From NCBI GenBank assembly GCA_964016885.1, contig OZ024746.1, positions 70,866,001 to 70,930,000 of the forward strand: a stretch of DNA of 64,000 nucleotides, in the 5' to 3' direction. This stretch comes from Eledone cirrhosa. Its lineage: Eukaryota. The notes beneath the pieces were generated by a model, which was not told the DNA's origin, searched no databases, and saw nothing but the letters and a program-made list of their open reading frames with translations. Positions 12,770 through 25,659 of this stretch are shown piece after piece (the stretch's first letter is position 1; each line of letters begins with the position of its first letter). The position numbers and the translations under genes were made by a program.

Positions 12770-15700
12770 TTTACGTCCACTTTTCCCTGCTTGCAAGGGT
12801 GGGATATATATATATATATAATATATATATATATACACACACGCATACACGCACACATACATACATACATACATACATGTATGTGTGTGTATTATGTTTG
12901 GTTGGTACATTATTTGTCCATCCGTCTGGTTGACTGGAGGTGGGTGTGTGGCTGGCTGCATCTCGGTATTTCCATTCTACATGTGTGTATATGTGTGTGT
13001 ATATATATATATAAATATATATGTCTGTCTGTGTGTGTAGTAAGCTGGTTGTCTCTGTGTGTCTGGCTGGCTGAATTTTCATGTTTCTCTTTTATATGTT
13101 TGTGTGTATGTATTTCTCAATGTGTGTGTGTGTGTAGTTAGTTAGTCATCAATTCTTATTAGGAGTTACTTGCCTTCCTAGCTAGGTCAGGAACACCATG
13201 TCATGTTCATCATGTCATGTTGATATGTTTCAAATTTTGACATGATTTCTATAATTGGATGCCCTTCCTAACAGCAACCACTTCATAAAATACAGTGGGT
13301 GTATCCATGGCACCAACTCTAAAGAGGTTGATATATTTTAACCTTTAGAAAGCTGAATTTTTTAATGAATTGCTTCCCTTGCACTGCAGTGTCTCATTCT
13401 ATCGTCATCTACTTTACAGAATGTTCTAGAAGTATTTTATTGTAGAACCAGCACTAGAGAGGTTATATTCTCAACAAGACTAAACAGTCTTCTCTACTCT
13501 GTGTTGTCTCCACTTGACAGAAAGTGTTGAGCATCTTTTACCCTGATCTCAACACCATATATATATGTGTGTGTGTTTGTCTCTGCATGTCTTTGTACTG
13601 ACAAAAGTTTCAGCTTACCAATGCTGGCATGGAAAAAATAGACATCAGATTGATGAGAATGATGGTGATGAATATGAAGGAAAATGAATAAAGACAATAA
13701 ATCAGATTTAAATAAATGAAAAAGAATGAATGACTGGAGATGAAAATGAATGACATGAAATGAAGATGGATGAAACAGAAATAGGATTGGATAAAAATAC
13801 GGAAACATAATATATAAGACAAACACATCTTTGTGTGTGTACTTGTATTTGTAAGTGTGTGTGTGTACACACACACATACACACAAATATAGGTACACAC
13901 ATTTGAGTCAATGACATACAACCTCCTATATGAAAGGGTGCTCTCAACCATTGTTTTTGCATGGGTTCTGCAGTTGGATGCCCTTCTTATCACTCACTAC
14001 TTACACCATGTACTGGGTGCATTTTATCTTGGCACCAACATTAAGGAGGTTGTATGGCATGTGAGGAAGGGAACATGATATATATACACACATGCACACA
14101 CACATACATAAATATATATATATATATGTGTGTGTGTCTGTAAAGATTTAACATATATCTAATTCTCAATTAATCTTTTTTCAATAGTGGTGATGATGTT
14201 TGTATGTATGTATGTTTGTTTGTGTGTGTGTGTATGTGTTTTGTAGTGGGTAGGTGGGAGGTATATATCTGACATAATCCTCCTTACCAAATGTAAGCTA
14301 CTGGAAAATCTCACATCAATAATGTTGACACATTTAATAAATACTTCCTCATTGAAGATATATTCTATATAATTAATTTATAACTTTATCTTTATCAGAT
14401 TTTTAATGAATGGCACTGCCTATAGTTTTCAAATAAGTTTGAATATAATCAAGAATTTGGAGGGATGTAGTAATATAACTAACTGATCCATGATAAGTTA
14501 ATATTTGATATGTTATTTCCCAATATTTGGGAAATAACATATCAAAGGCTCTTACATAAGTGTATGATAATTATAAACACATTGACCCCTTCGTTACAAT
14601 ATTTCTAATGAATGATACTGCCTATGGTTGTGAAATAATTTTGAAAATAGTCAAGAATTTGGAGGAATTCAGAAATATAACTAACTTTCTTAAAACTGAA
14701 TTGGTGCTAGGAAAAAAACTTTCCATCAACCCTGCTATTCTTCCTTAACCTTTTGATTTCAAACCACTTGAAACCTTCCATCATGGTTCTGTAATAAAAA
14801 TTTGTTTTAAGTGTTTTTATTTATCTAAAAACCTTCTAAGAACTTTCCATCATAATTTTACGAATATTTGTTATGTTCCAAATGCCAACTCAATGAGAAA
14901 ATTATGTTACTAAATCTTTCAAAATTACCTGAAAATCATAGGCAATGCTTTTTATTAAAAATATGAGAAGAAAAGTGTTAAGTTGGTGTTTGGAACATAA
15001 AAATTCTTACTTAAAATGACGGGTTTTAGATAAATATAAACACTTGAAAACAAACAGATTTATATCATAGAACCTGGGACAGATTTGGGCAGTTTGATAT
15101 ATACAAGCATATGCACACAATTCACTTGCACAGAAACATCTATAGTAAAGCATATTCATTTACATACATATAAGCATGCCTATTTACATATATACAAGCA
15201 CAAACATGCATATATTTATACACACATACACACATACACACATACACATGCATGTATTTATATATAGCTTCATTGATCTTGCTATTTTAATATATAGGTC
15301 TTTATATTTCATTGAAAGGTTATTGATTATTGTTTTGTTTTATTTATTCTTTTGAAATGTTTTGCAGCAATTGTTCTTGTGTTTAGGCTTTATCATATCT
15401 ATGATAAACATATCCCACATTTATCACCCTCTCTCTATCATTCTCTCTATATATATATATGTCTATATCTACTTATTGTTGGCCTTGTGGCTAATGGCAG
15501 TGATACAACTGACTGATGGAGGTCTGAATCACTGCTAGAAATTATAATGGAATTGGAATATTTTTGTCTGTAATATCTTTAAGTTTTTACAGCTGGATGC
15601 CCTTTCTAATATCAACCACATTACAGTGTGTCCTGAATGTATTCATGGCACCAACATGAAAGAGTTTATGTCCTCAGTATGATTAAAGGATTCTGTCTAT

Positions 15701-15977
15701 CCAACTTTGTCTTCACTCATTTACCAACTACTTTATAGAGCATACTGGGTGTATTTTATTATCATAGCTCCAACACTAAACAACAAATCATTTAAGGACA
15801 TTTCCTCCAGCCCCCACTAAATCAGTTTTTAGCCTAATGGGCACCTTGACATGGGGTCGTTTTTAAGGCAATGTTTTACTTGATGCCCTTCTTGGTTCCA
15901 ACCTTTTTAGTCACTTCTTATGACACACAAGAATATGGTGTACCTATTCTAATCTTTACTAGAAGTTTAAATTTAGA

Positions 15978-16262
15978 CTTTTAGTCTGTCATGAGCCCGG
16001 AGGCTCATAAAGCTGGTGCTTATCCTGGTTTCCATGGTTGAAGTGACTGAGAGTTCAAGACTTTTGCCTAGATAGGACGCCTGTCCATTGCAGAGTTAAA
16101 CCCCCAGCTACTGCTGGTACTCATTTTCAGCTGAGTATACTGGAGCAAGTGAAATGAAGTGTTTAGCTCAAGAATACAGCACACAACCCAGTCCAGGAAT
16201 TGAATCCATGACAATATGATTGTAAGTCCAACACCTTTATCACTAAGCCACATGCCTCCACT
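15978..16262 (-). mobile_element. tRNA-headed SINE, family B
   Basis: Reverse complement of the copies at 38234-38527 and 62001-62291. Confidence 0.8.
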
Positions 16263-16706
16263 AAACTGTACACACAAAGTACTAAACTGTCTGCTGATGT
16301 TAGCTCCATAAGCTGCAGTGAGAGTAGCCTGACTAAGAAAGCAGAAACTGTGAATAGACACATGCACATTGGATTACCCACTTTGAAGAGCAGGAACTCT
16401 ATATAAAAACTGCATGAGAAGGTCATGTGTTCCATAAGCTGTAGTGAAAGCAACCTGTCTAGGAGAGCAGAAACTCCATATAAAATCTACACAAGGAAGA
16501 CATAGACTTCATAAGCTGTAGTGAAGTAAACCAGTCTAGAAGAGCAGTGACTCTGAATAAAAACTGATACAATCCTATTTCAACCTCACTAGTGCTGGTA
16601 GTATGATAAAATGCACCAAGTCTATTCTGTAAAGTTGTTGGTGAGAGGAAGGGCATTCAGCTAGAAAAACCATGCCAAAGCTATGAAAAAAATGTGTGTG
16701 TGTATG

Positions 16707-16797
<91 letters not shown>

Positions 16798-17442
16798 AAA
16801 TTTGTTGGTTCACCATTGGGTAGAATTGGTCATTCTGCAATGTTAACCATGATGCAACAGTAGGAAAGCACTCAAAGTTACGCATCCCATCCATCTTTGA
16901 TTAAAGTTGATTAAATTGACCTCAGAGTGTTACTGATACTTTATTTTATCGGCTGCATAAGAATGGATGGCAAAGCTAACCTTAGCAGGATTTGAACTCA
17001 GAATGTAAAGGACCGTAACTCTATTCCATAAAACATGTTGTCTGATACTGCCAGTCCTCTGCCCATATCAACATCAATGCTATTGATCAACATCAATAAT
17101 AACGGTAACAATGTCAATATCAACAATAAAACAATTTTGATAAAAGCAAAAACGTCAACAACAACAACAACAACAGAATTAATTACAGTAATTTAAATAA
17201 ATTCAAATTAGCATTTTAAAAAGAAAAGAAAAAAATTAATTTTTTTACTGTTTTAATTGTGAAATTTTAAATATTTTAAATATCTGCTGTTTTAACTTAT
17301 GTATTTGATTATCATATGAATCATCATCTTGTTGTTGTTATTACTATTATTATTATTATTATTATTAAAATAAATCAGTATTGTTATTATTTTTGTTGTT
17401 GTTGTTGAAATTAAAGAAATAATTATTGTTGTAGTTAGTAGT

Positions 17443-17474
<32 letters not shown>

Positions 17475-17842
17475 AATGGTGCAGAGGCAGTGCTAATGGT
17501 GGTGGTGGTGATGGTGATGATGAAGGGGATGATATGGGTGATGGTGGTAAGGATAGTGATGATGATAGTAGTGATGGGGATGCTGGTTGTAATGATGAAG
17601 ATGATGGTAGTGATGTTGATGATAATGGTGATAATGGTGGTGATGATGATGTTGGTAATTTACACAGTTCCTTTGATAAAATGTTTCCGTTTCATTTACT
17701 GTCTGATTTGTAATTGATGGTTCTGCCTCCAGTCTCACTCTCCTTCTCTCTCTCCACCTGCTAGGCTCCCTCCCTCTCCCACTACCCATATCCCTCTATA
17801 TTCTACTTCCTATACATACATTCATATACACACACATACATA

Positions 17843-19265
17843 ATAATTGTTTCTACTTTTGGCACAAGGCCAGTAATAACCCAGTGCATTACTGGTACTC
17901 TATTTTATCGACCCCCCCGTAAGGATGAAAGGCAAAGTTAAACTCGGCGGGATTTGAACTCAGACTGTAAAGGGACGTAACTATGCTGGAAAGCATGGCG
18001 TCCGATACTGTCAATCCACATAATAATGGTTTCTTATATAGGCACAAGGCCAGCAATTTTGGTGGCGGGGAAAGTCGATTAAATTAACCCTGTGCGTGAC
18101 TGGTACTTTATTTTATCGACCCCTTAAGGATGAAAGGCAATGTTAACTTCGGCAGGATTTGAACTCGGATCATAAAGGGCCGTAACACACATACATAATA
18201 ATATCTGATTTAGCCACAAGGCTAACAATTTTGGTGGGAGAAGGAAGTCAATTAAATGGACCCTAGTATTTGACTGGTACTTTATTTTATTGACCCCATA
18301 AGGATGAAAGGCAAAGTTAACCTCAGCGGGATTTGAACTCAAAAAATAAAGGGCCACAACTCTGTGCCACTAAGCATGTTGTCTGACACTCTACCGATTT
18401 TGCCATCTGATTTAGGCACAAGGCCAACACTTTTGGAGGGAGGAGAAAGTCGATTAAATGGATCCTAGTAGTTGACTGGTACTTTATTTTATTGACCTTG
18501 GAAGTATGAATGGCAAAGTTGACTTTGGTGGTATTTAAGCTCTGTACATAAAGAAGAGGAACAAATAGCATTAAACATTTTGTCCAATGCTCTAATGGTT
18601 TTTCCAATCCACCACACTCAATAGTAATAATTGTTGCTACATTTGGTACAAGGCCAGCAATTTGAAGGGGGGGGGGGGTTAATTAAATTGGTCTTAGTGT
18701 GTTGCTGGTACTTTATTTTATCCACCCTGTAAGGATGAAAAGCAAAGCTAACCTTGGTGGGATTTGAACTCAGAATGTAAAGGGCCGTAACTAAATGCTG
18801 CAAAGCATTTTGTGCCATGCTCTACTGATTCTGCCAAGCCAATATTTTCTTTATTTGCAACAACAACATCTACAAGTATTTTAAACCCATTTTCCTTGTC
18901 AAAGTAAGGCTTAGCCATGTGGGCCCCACTGCAGATTTCATACTAATTATGGGGTCCATTTTAAGGCAATGTTTTATAGCCAGCTGTCCTTCCTAGCACG
19001 TTTAGTCACCTCTTATAGCATGCAGTAATGCAGTGTACTTTTTATAATAATAGTTTCTAATTTAGGCACAATGCCACCAGTTTGGGAAGGAAGTGAAAAT
19101 TCAATTATATCGTCTCCAGTACTTGACTGATATTTTATTTTATCAACCTTGCAAGGACGAAAAGCAAAGTTGACCTTGGGTTTTGAATTCAGAGTGTAAA
19201 GAGCTGGAACAAATACTGCTAAGCATTTGTCTGCTGCTTTAAGGACCCTCCCAATCCATTGCTTT
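17843..19265 (-). mobile_element. Chain of about 6 family-A SINE copies
   Basis: Repeated ggcacaaggccagc..ctggtactttattttatcgacc..aaggatgaaaggcaaagttaac..ggatttgaactc units, all in the same orientation. Confidence 0.85.
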
Positions 19266-19279
19266 AATAATAATAATAA

Positions 19280-19709
19280 CTAGCTGGACCTGTGAAAAAT
19301 TCACAGATAATCCCCTCTCTCTAAATATATTAGAACCCCCTCTTTCTATATATAAACCCATCCCCTTCTCTATATATTAAACCACCCTCTCTCTATATTA
19401 TAACCCCCTTCTCTCTATATATTATAACCCATCCCTTTCTTTTTATTATAAACCCCGCTCTTTAAATATAGTATAACCCCCTCTCTCTATATATATATTT
19501 AACCCCCTCTCTCTATATATTTTAACCCTCCTTTCTCTATATTATATAACCCCCTCTCTCTCTCCTTTCCAAACGTTGCAACGTTCTTTGATTTTCTTTC
19601 GCTGTAGATTTTTGTAGATTGTTTACCACCCCCTTCCATTGTTTTACTGAAAGCGTGACAGACGCGGTCGGATGTACAGTACGTAGGTATTAACGTATTA
19701 ATATATAGA
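19280..19709 (-). mobile_element. Non-autonomous Helitron carrying an internal minisatellite
   Basis: Minus strand starts A|TCTATATAT and ends CTAG|T, subterminal hairpin ctgtgaa-aaa-ttcacag; about 10 units of aaccccctctctctatatattat at ~19310-19565. Confidence 0.8.
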
Positions 19710-20007
19710 TGATTTCATTATTGGCCACAAGGGCCGACATGTAGGGGACAATACAAAGACACGGACAGTGGGGGTTTACAATAGGCTCGAGTAAAAGTGC
19801 ACAATGGCAAGACCAATAATAATAATTGTTTCTGCTTTTGGCACAAGTCCAGCAATTATCTCAGTGTATTACTGGTACTTTATTTTATCGACCCCGTAAG
19901 GATGAAAGGCAAAGTTAACCTCGGCAGAATTTGAACTCAGAATCGCAAGACCGCAACTCTAATAATGATTTCTCGTATAGGCACAAGGCCAGTAATTTGG
20001 TGGAGGG

Positions 20008-20038
<31 letters not shown>

Positions 20039-20629
20039 TTTATTTGCCACAAGAGTAACAGATAAAGGAGACATTACAAACGCAAATGGTGAAAAATAGT
20101 GGTAGTGGGGGTGGATGGAGTGAATTGGAGATTAAGCAGAGTCTAGTGTGAATAAAAGAAACTAATACAAATAAAACAAGCATGGAAAATAAAGATATAC
20201 AGAAGGTATGAAAGGTGATGTTCCAACAAGGTGACTGCCATCTAAGAGGTCAACCAAGGACCTCTCTATCCACTTGTTCCACCACAACAGATTCAGGATT
20301 TTCCCTGACTGCCAAGGTGAAGTGCTCTCAGATAATACAAATACAAATAATTATATTTATAACGACGCCAAACTCATTAACTGAGCTGAAGAAATGAAAT
20401 ATATATGAAACTGAAAGACAAAGGATTATTTACAGTAAAGAAGTTAATCCTCACTTGATCCTCCCAAATACTGTTTGAGAGAAACAATAGAATGATTGTC
20501 TGTACCTCAACACAACACAAGTGACGTCATGAATAGTTTATATCTCTAGTGGATTATTAGTTGCGGCTTACTTTACACAAGCTACTAAATGTTGGTACTT
20601 TGTGTTTTTTTTAATGTTAATGATAGTGT

Positions 20630-20890
20630 TGCTGTCATTATAAAATGCACTGAGTACACTCTGTAAAGTGGTAGTGCTGGTTCCACTATAAAATGCACCC
20701 AGTACATTCTGTAAAGTGGTAGTGTTGGTATCATGATAAAATGCATCAAGTACATTCTGTAAAGTGCTAATGCTGGTTCCACTATAAAATGCACCCAGTA
20801 CATGGTATTTCTGGTCTCATGATAACATACACCAAGTACACTCTGTAAAGTGGTAATGCTAGTGCCTAGATATAATGCATCCTGTATATA
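20630..20890. repeat. 48-bp tandem repeat (about 5 units) of a dispersed-repeat fragment
   Basis: Unit gtggtagtgctggttccactataaaatgcacccagtacattctgtaaa; 16-aa periodicity in ORF 20585..20992. Confidence 0.75.
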
Positions 20891-20911
20891 TTGTAAATTG
20901 GTTGATATTAA

Positions 20912-21118
20912 CCCTTTAATGTTCAAACCGGCTAAAACCGGCCAGAATTCTCTACCCTTTTCTGTTGAAACTGGCTGTAACTGGTCACTCAAACTGATGT
21001 TAAGGTATTGTTCTCAAAATAAATACTTTCAAAATCTCATAGATTCGATATTATGTGAGATAAAGCATTTACCATGAAAATATAATAGTATATATAGAGT
21101 AATGTGAATGCTAAAGAG
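20912..21118 (-). mobile_element. piggyBac-type MITE, family 1 (~210 bp)
   Basis: TTAA at 20908-20911 and 21119-21122; ccctttaatgtt..atgctaaagag ends; homologous to 41739-41946. Confidence 0.8.
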
Positions 21119-22171
21119 TTAAGAAAGCATCCAGCCATAGAAACCATGCCAAAATGGAACATATGAACAAGACATAGTCATCTAACGTGTTTAGTGTCAG
21201 AATGTGACAATCTGTTCAACACATACAACATGGAAAACAAATGTAACCTGTCGATTATGATGATGATGTCTCAAGCTCCGAGGCTTATTAGGCTGGTGCT
21301 TATTCTGGTTGATGTTGATTCATTTGACCTTAAGCAACTGAGAGTACAAGACTCCTCACCTTGGATGAGATTCCAGTCAATCACAGAGTTAAGCTCCAGC
21401 TAGAGCAGTGTGAAATGAAGTATGTTGTTCAATGACACAATGCATTATTCTGTCTTGGAATCAAATCTACATATGTTCTTGCACTCCACAGAGTACACTG
21501 GGTGCATTTTATGAAAGCACCAGCACTAGGGATGTTGTTGTGTCTGACTTAACTGAAGAGTCCTCTCAACCATTTGTTTGGTAAGTTTTCTTTGTTTTTG
21601 GCATGGTTTCTACAGCTGTAAACCAACCCTATCACCAATCACCTTATAGAGTATACTGGGTTCATTTTTTTTTGGCATCAACACTTGAGAGTTTGTGTCA
21701 TAACTGATGGGTCCTCTCTACCCTATAGGGGATATATGATGAGCTAGGGTGTGAATAGGGTGGAGGAAGTAGGAAGGATGATATGTTATGGGTAAGTATT
21801 AGATAATGGGGGAATGACAAGTATGGTAGGGTTTAATGGGATGATGTGGTGAGAAGAGGGCAGAGAAAGTATGTCATGGGTGTATGACAGGGAGGTAAGC
21901 AGGAAGGGAAGAGTGATCTTGGATAGTGTGGGTGCTACTGTGATGGATGCAACAGTTACCAAAGTTAGGACTAGTGTGTTAGAATTTGAAATGAGTTGGA
22001 GGGTACTGTGATGACGCAAACATCTACTAAGGAGTTATGTCTGGTGTATTAGGAGGATTTAGACATGGTGTGTGATCCTGTGTGTGATGGGAAGTGAGAT
22101 AATTACTAGGGAGTGGTGGTGAAGGGAAGGGGATATGAATGGGTCAAGTCACAATTTTTAAGCTAGTAGCC

Positions 22172-22412
22172 AAGTCTTCTCTAGTACTGCGTGTTGTCAA
22201 TCCATGTGAGCCTTTGTCATCTCTGACATGAGATTCAGCTTTCTTGGGTCAACCTTCCCTACTTTATCCCATATCTTTTTCGGTTACCTCTTCTATGAGT
22301 TGCATCTACTGAGATTCCTCTGAACTTATACATCTATCGTCTTTATACATCTATTGTCTTCCATATATACATCACATAGCCATACCACTGCAGTCTTCTC
22401 TCTTGCACACAG
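22172..22412 (-). mobile_element. Decayed RTE-like LINE 3' fragment
   Basis: Reverse complement resembles the 2455-2802 fragment (QERRLQWYGYV-like motif). Confidence 0.5.
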
Positions 22413-23039
22413 TATTTCTGCATACAAAAAGAATAACAATGTTTTTCATAAATAATTATGTGCTCACATGCAGAGATGCTTTAAAATAAGGTAAAGACCC
22501 TTAAATACAAAAACAATAAAAAAAAGAAGTTGCCATTGGCCTCTATGAGGAATCAAACCCTGTATCTCCCAGATAGGGTTTGATTCCTCATAGCTGCTGA
22601 TAGTGGCTTCTTTGTCTGTCTTTAAGAGTTTTCACTTTATTTTGTAGGCTATTTTATAGTATCTCCATGTGTGAGCATATAGTCTTTATGTTGACTTTGT
22701 CTTCTTGGTGCTCTGTGGGGGTCTGAGGGATCAGCTGTGTGTACACAATGTTTTCCATATTTGTTTACATTTTCACATTGAAGCTTATTGACTGTAGTAA
22801 CACCTACATTAAATTAATTTTAGATTTTCTAATATATGTTTGTTTTGTGTTGTGGTTTTAGACATTATCACATGACACCGCTCATCATACAACTAATTGT
22901 TTAATAATAGCATTAACTGTTACAAATTAATCTTGTAATTAATTAAATACTGGTTAAAAAATGGGGAAAAAAGGGTTAAGAAATATAAGGAAAGAATAAC
23001 AAAGGTGAAAGAAAAGGAGGTTAAATTGTTAAACAATAG

Positions 23040-24092
23040 CCATCATCATCATTGTCATTATCATCATCATTGTCATCATCATTGTCATTATCATCATTGT
23101 CATCATCATCATTGTTATTATCATCATTGTCATCATCATCATTGTTATTATCATCATTGTCATTATCATTATCATCATTGTCATTATCATCATTGTCATC
23201 ATCATCGTCATCATCATCATTGTCATTATCATCATTGTCATCATCATCATTGTTATTATCATCATTGTCATTATCATCATTGTCATTATCATCATTGTCA
23301 TTATCATCATTGTCATTATCATCATTGTTATTATCATCATTGTTATTATCATCATTGTCATTATCATCATTGTCATTATCATCATTGTCATCATCATCAT
23401 TGTCATCATCATCATTGTCATCATCATCATTGCCATCACCATCATTGTCATCATCATTGTTATTATCATCATTGTCATTATCATCATTGTCATTATCATC
23501 ATTGTCATTATCATCATTGTCATTATCATCATTGTCATCATCATCATTGTTATTATCATCATTGTCATTATCATCATTGTCATTATCATCATTGTCATTA
23601 TCATCATTGTCATCATCATCATTGTCATCATCATCATTGTCATCATCATCATTGTCATCATCATCATTGCCATCACCATCATTGTCATCATCATTGTTAT
23701 TATCATCATTGTCATTATCATCATTGTCATTATCATCATTGTCATTATCATCATTGTCATTATCATCATTGTCATCATCATCATTGTTATTATCATCATT
23801 GTCATTATCATCATTGTCATTATCATCATTGTCATTATCATCATTGTCATTATCATCATTGTCATTATCATCATTGCCATCATCATCATTGTCATTATCA
23901 TCATTGTCACCATCATTGTCATTATCATCATTGTCATTACCATCATTGTCATTACCATCATTGTCATCATCATCATTGTCATTATCATCAGCCACCATCA
24001 TTGTCATCATCATCATTGTCACCATCATTGTCATTATCATCATCATCATCATTGTCACCATCATCATTGCCATCATCATCATCATCATCATT
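23040..24092. repeat. (CAT)n-derived 15-bp minisatellite (tgtcattatcatcat)
   Basis: Direct reading; the His/Cys-, Asp/Asn- and Ser-rich ORFs are artefacts. Confidence 0.95.
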
Positions 24093-24297
24093 ATAATTTC
24101 ATAGAACTTGTACAAAATAACTGAATAAATACTAATTTTGAAAATATAAAGTTATTAACTTAAAATACAATTTAAAATAGCATTGTGAAATTGTAATTAT
24201 TTCACCAATGTAACATTACATGGTGTGGTCCACAATGACAAAAGTCAACTTCCCCAAAACACCCATCATATGATCACTATTATTTTACATTTATAAG

Positions 24298-25090
24298 GCG
24301 ATGGATTGGCAGTATCAGTAGAGCACTGGACATTCTGCTTTGTGGCATAGAGTTACGGCCCTTTGCATTCTGAGTTCAAATGCCATTGAGGTTAGCTTTG
24401 CTTCGAATCCCATTGAGGTTGATAAAATAAAATACCAGTCATGGACTGGGGTCGATTTAACCCCCCCCCCCCCCCCACTCCATTGCTGGCCTTGTACCTA
24501 AATCTGAAGCCATTATCATTTTACATCTGCTTTTCTATGTAGACATGGGTTGTATGGATTGGGAAACCTTATCTCATTTACATACATTTTTGGCATAGTT
24601 TTTACATCTCAATGTTCTTCCTAATATCAACCACTTCACAGAGTGTACTGGGTACATTTTATTGTGGGTACCAGCACTTGAGAAGTTGTCATGTCTTTGA
24701 TATGCATGAAAAGTCTTCTTGGTCCCTTGTTTGGTATAGCTTCTATAGGCTATCCACTTTATAGAGTGTACTAGGTGCATTTTATCATAGCACCAGCACT
24801 AATATGTAACTGAGTGTGCCCGGTGTATTTTATCATAGCACCAGCACTAATATGTAACTGAGTGTGCCCGGTGCATTTTATCATAGCACCAGTACTTTTC
24901 AAAGTGTACTGGGTTTATCGGTAGAGGGTCAGACGCCATGCTTTGCAGCACAGTTACGCCCCTTTACGGACAGAGTTCAAATCCCGCTGAGGTTAACTTT
25001 GCCTTTCATCCTTACGGGGTCGATAAAATAAAGTACCAGTAATGCACTGGGTAATTGCTGGCCTTGTGCCAAAAGTAGAAACAATTATAT
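24298..25090 (+). mobile_element. Two family-A SINE copies (about 24298-24515 and 24915-25090)
   Basis: Same head, core and tail as 3352-3535. Confidence 0.75.
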
Positions 25091-25610
25091 TGTAGACACA
25101 AGCTGACTAATGAGGTTGTCTTGTCCTTGACTGGAGAGTCTTCTCTACCCTTTTGTAATATTTGTCAGGGGGCCACAGTTTAGGGTGAAAAGTGAAGTTA
25201 ATCAAATTGAGCTGAGTATTTGCTTGATCTATGTTATTGACGAAGATGAAAAGATCTGTTGACCTTGTATCCCACTGTGAAATAATTGCTATTGACAGAA
25301 AAGGTGACAATTACACACGTATGATAATAGATTACCACACTGAATGTGCGGCTTATACTATCTATTTTCCTTGCCTCTTTGAGTTCAAATCCTTCATTAC
25401 ACATATGAACATATACACCTTATACTCACGCACACACACGCACATGCACACACACGCACATGCACACACACACACATATACCTTACAGAGATACACACAC
25501 ATCTTATACATACACCTTTTAGACACACACACCATACACACATACACACCATACACTGATACACATATGCCTTACACAGATATGCACACATCTTATACAT
25601 ACACCTTTTA

Positions 25611-25659
<49 letters not shown>

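Noticed and set aside
23005-24115. His/Cys-rich 363-aa metal-binding-like ORF
   Set aside because: (CAT)n-derived repeat open in several frames on both strands, with no gene context
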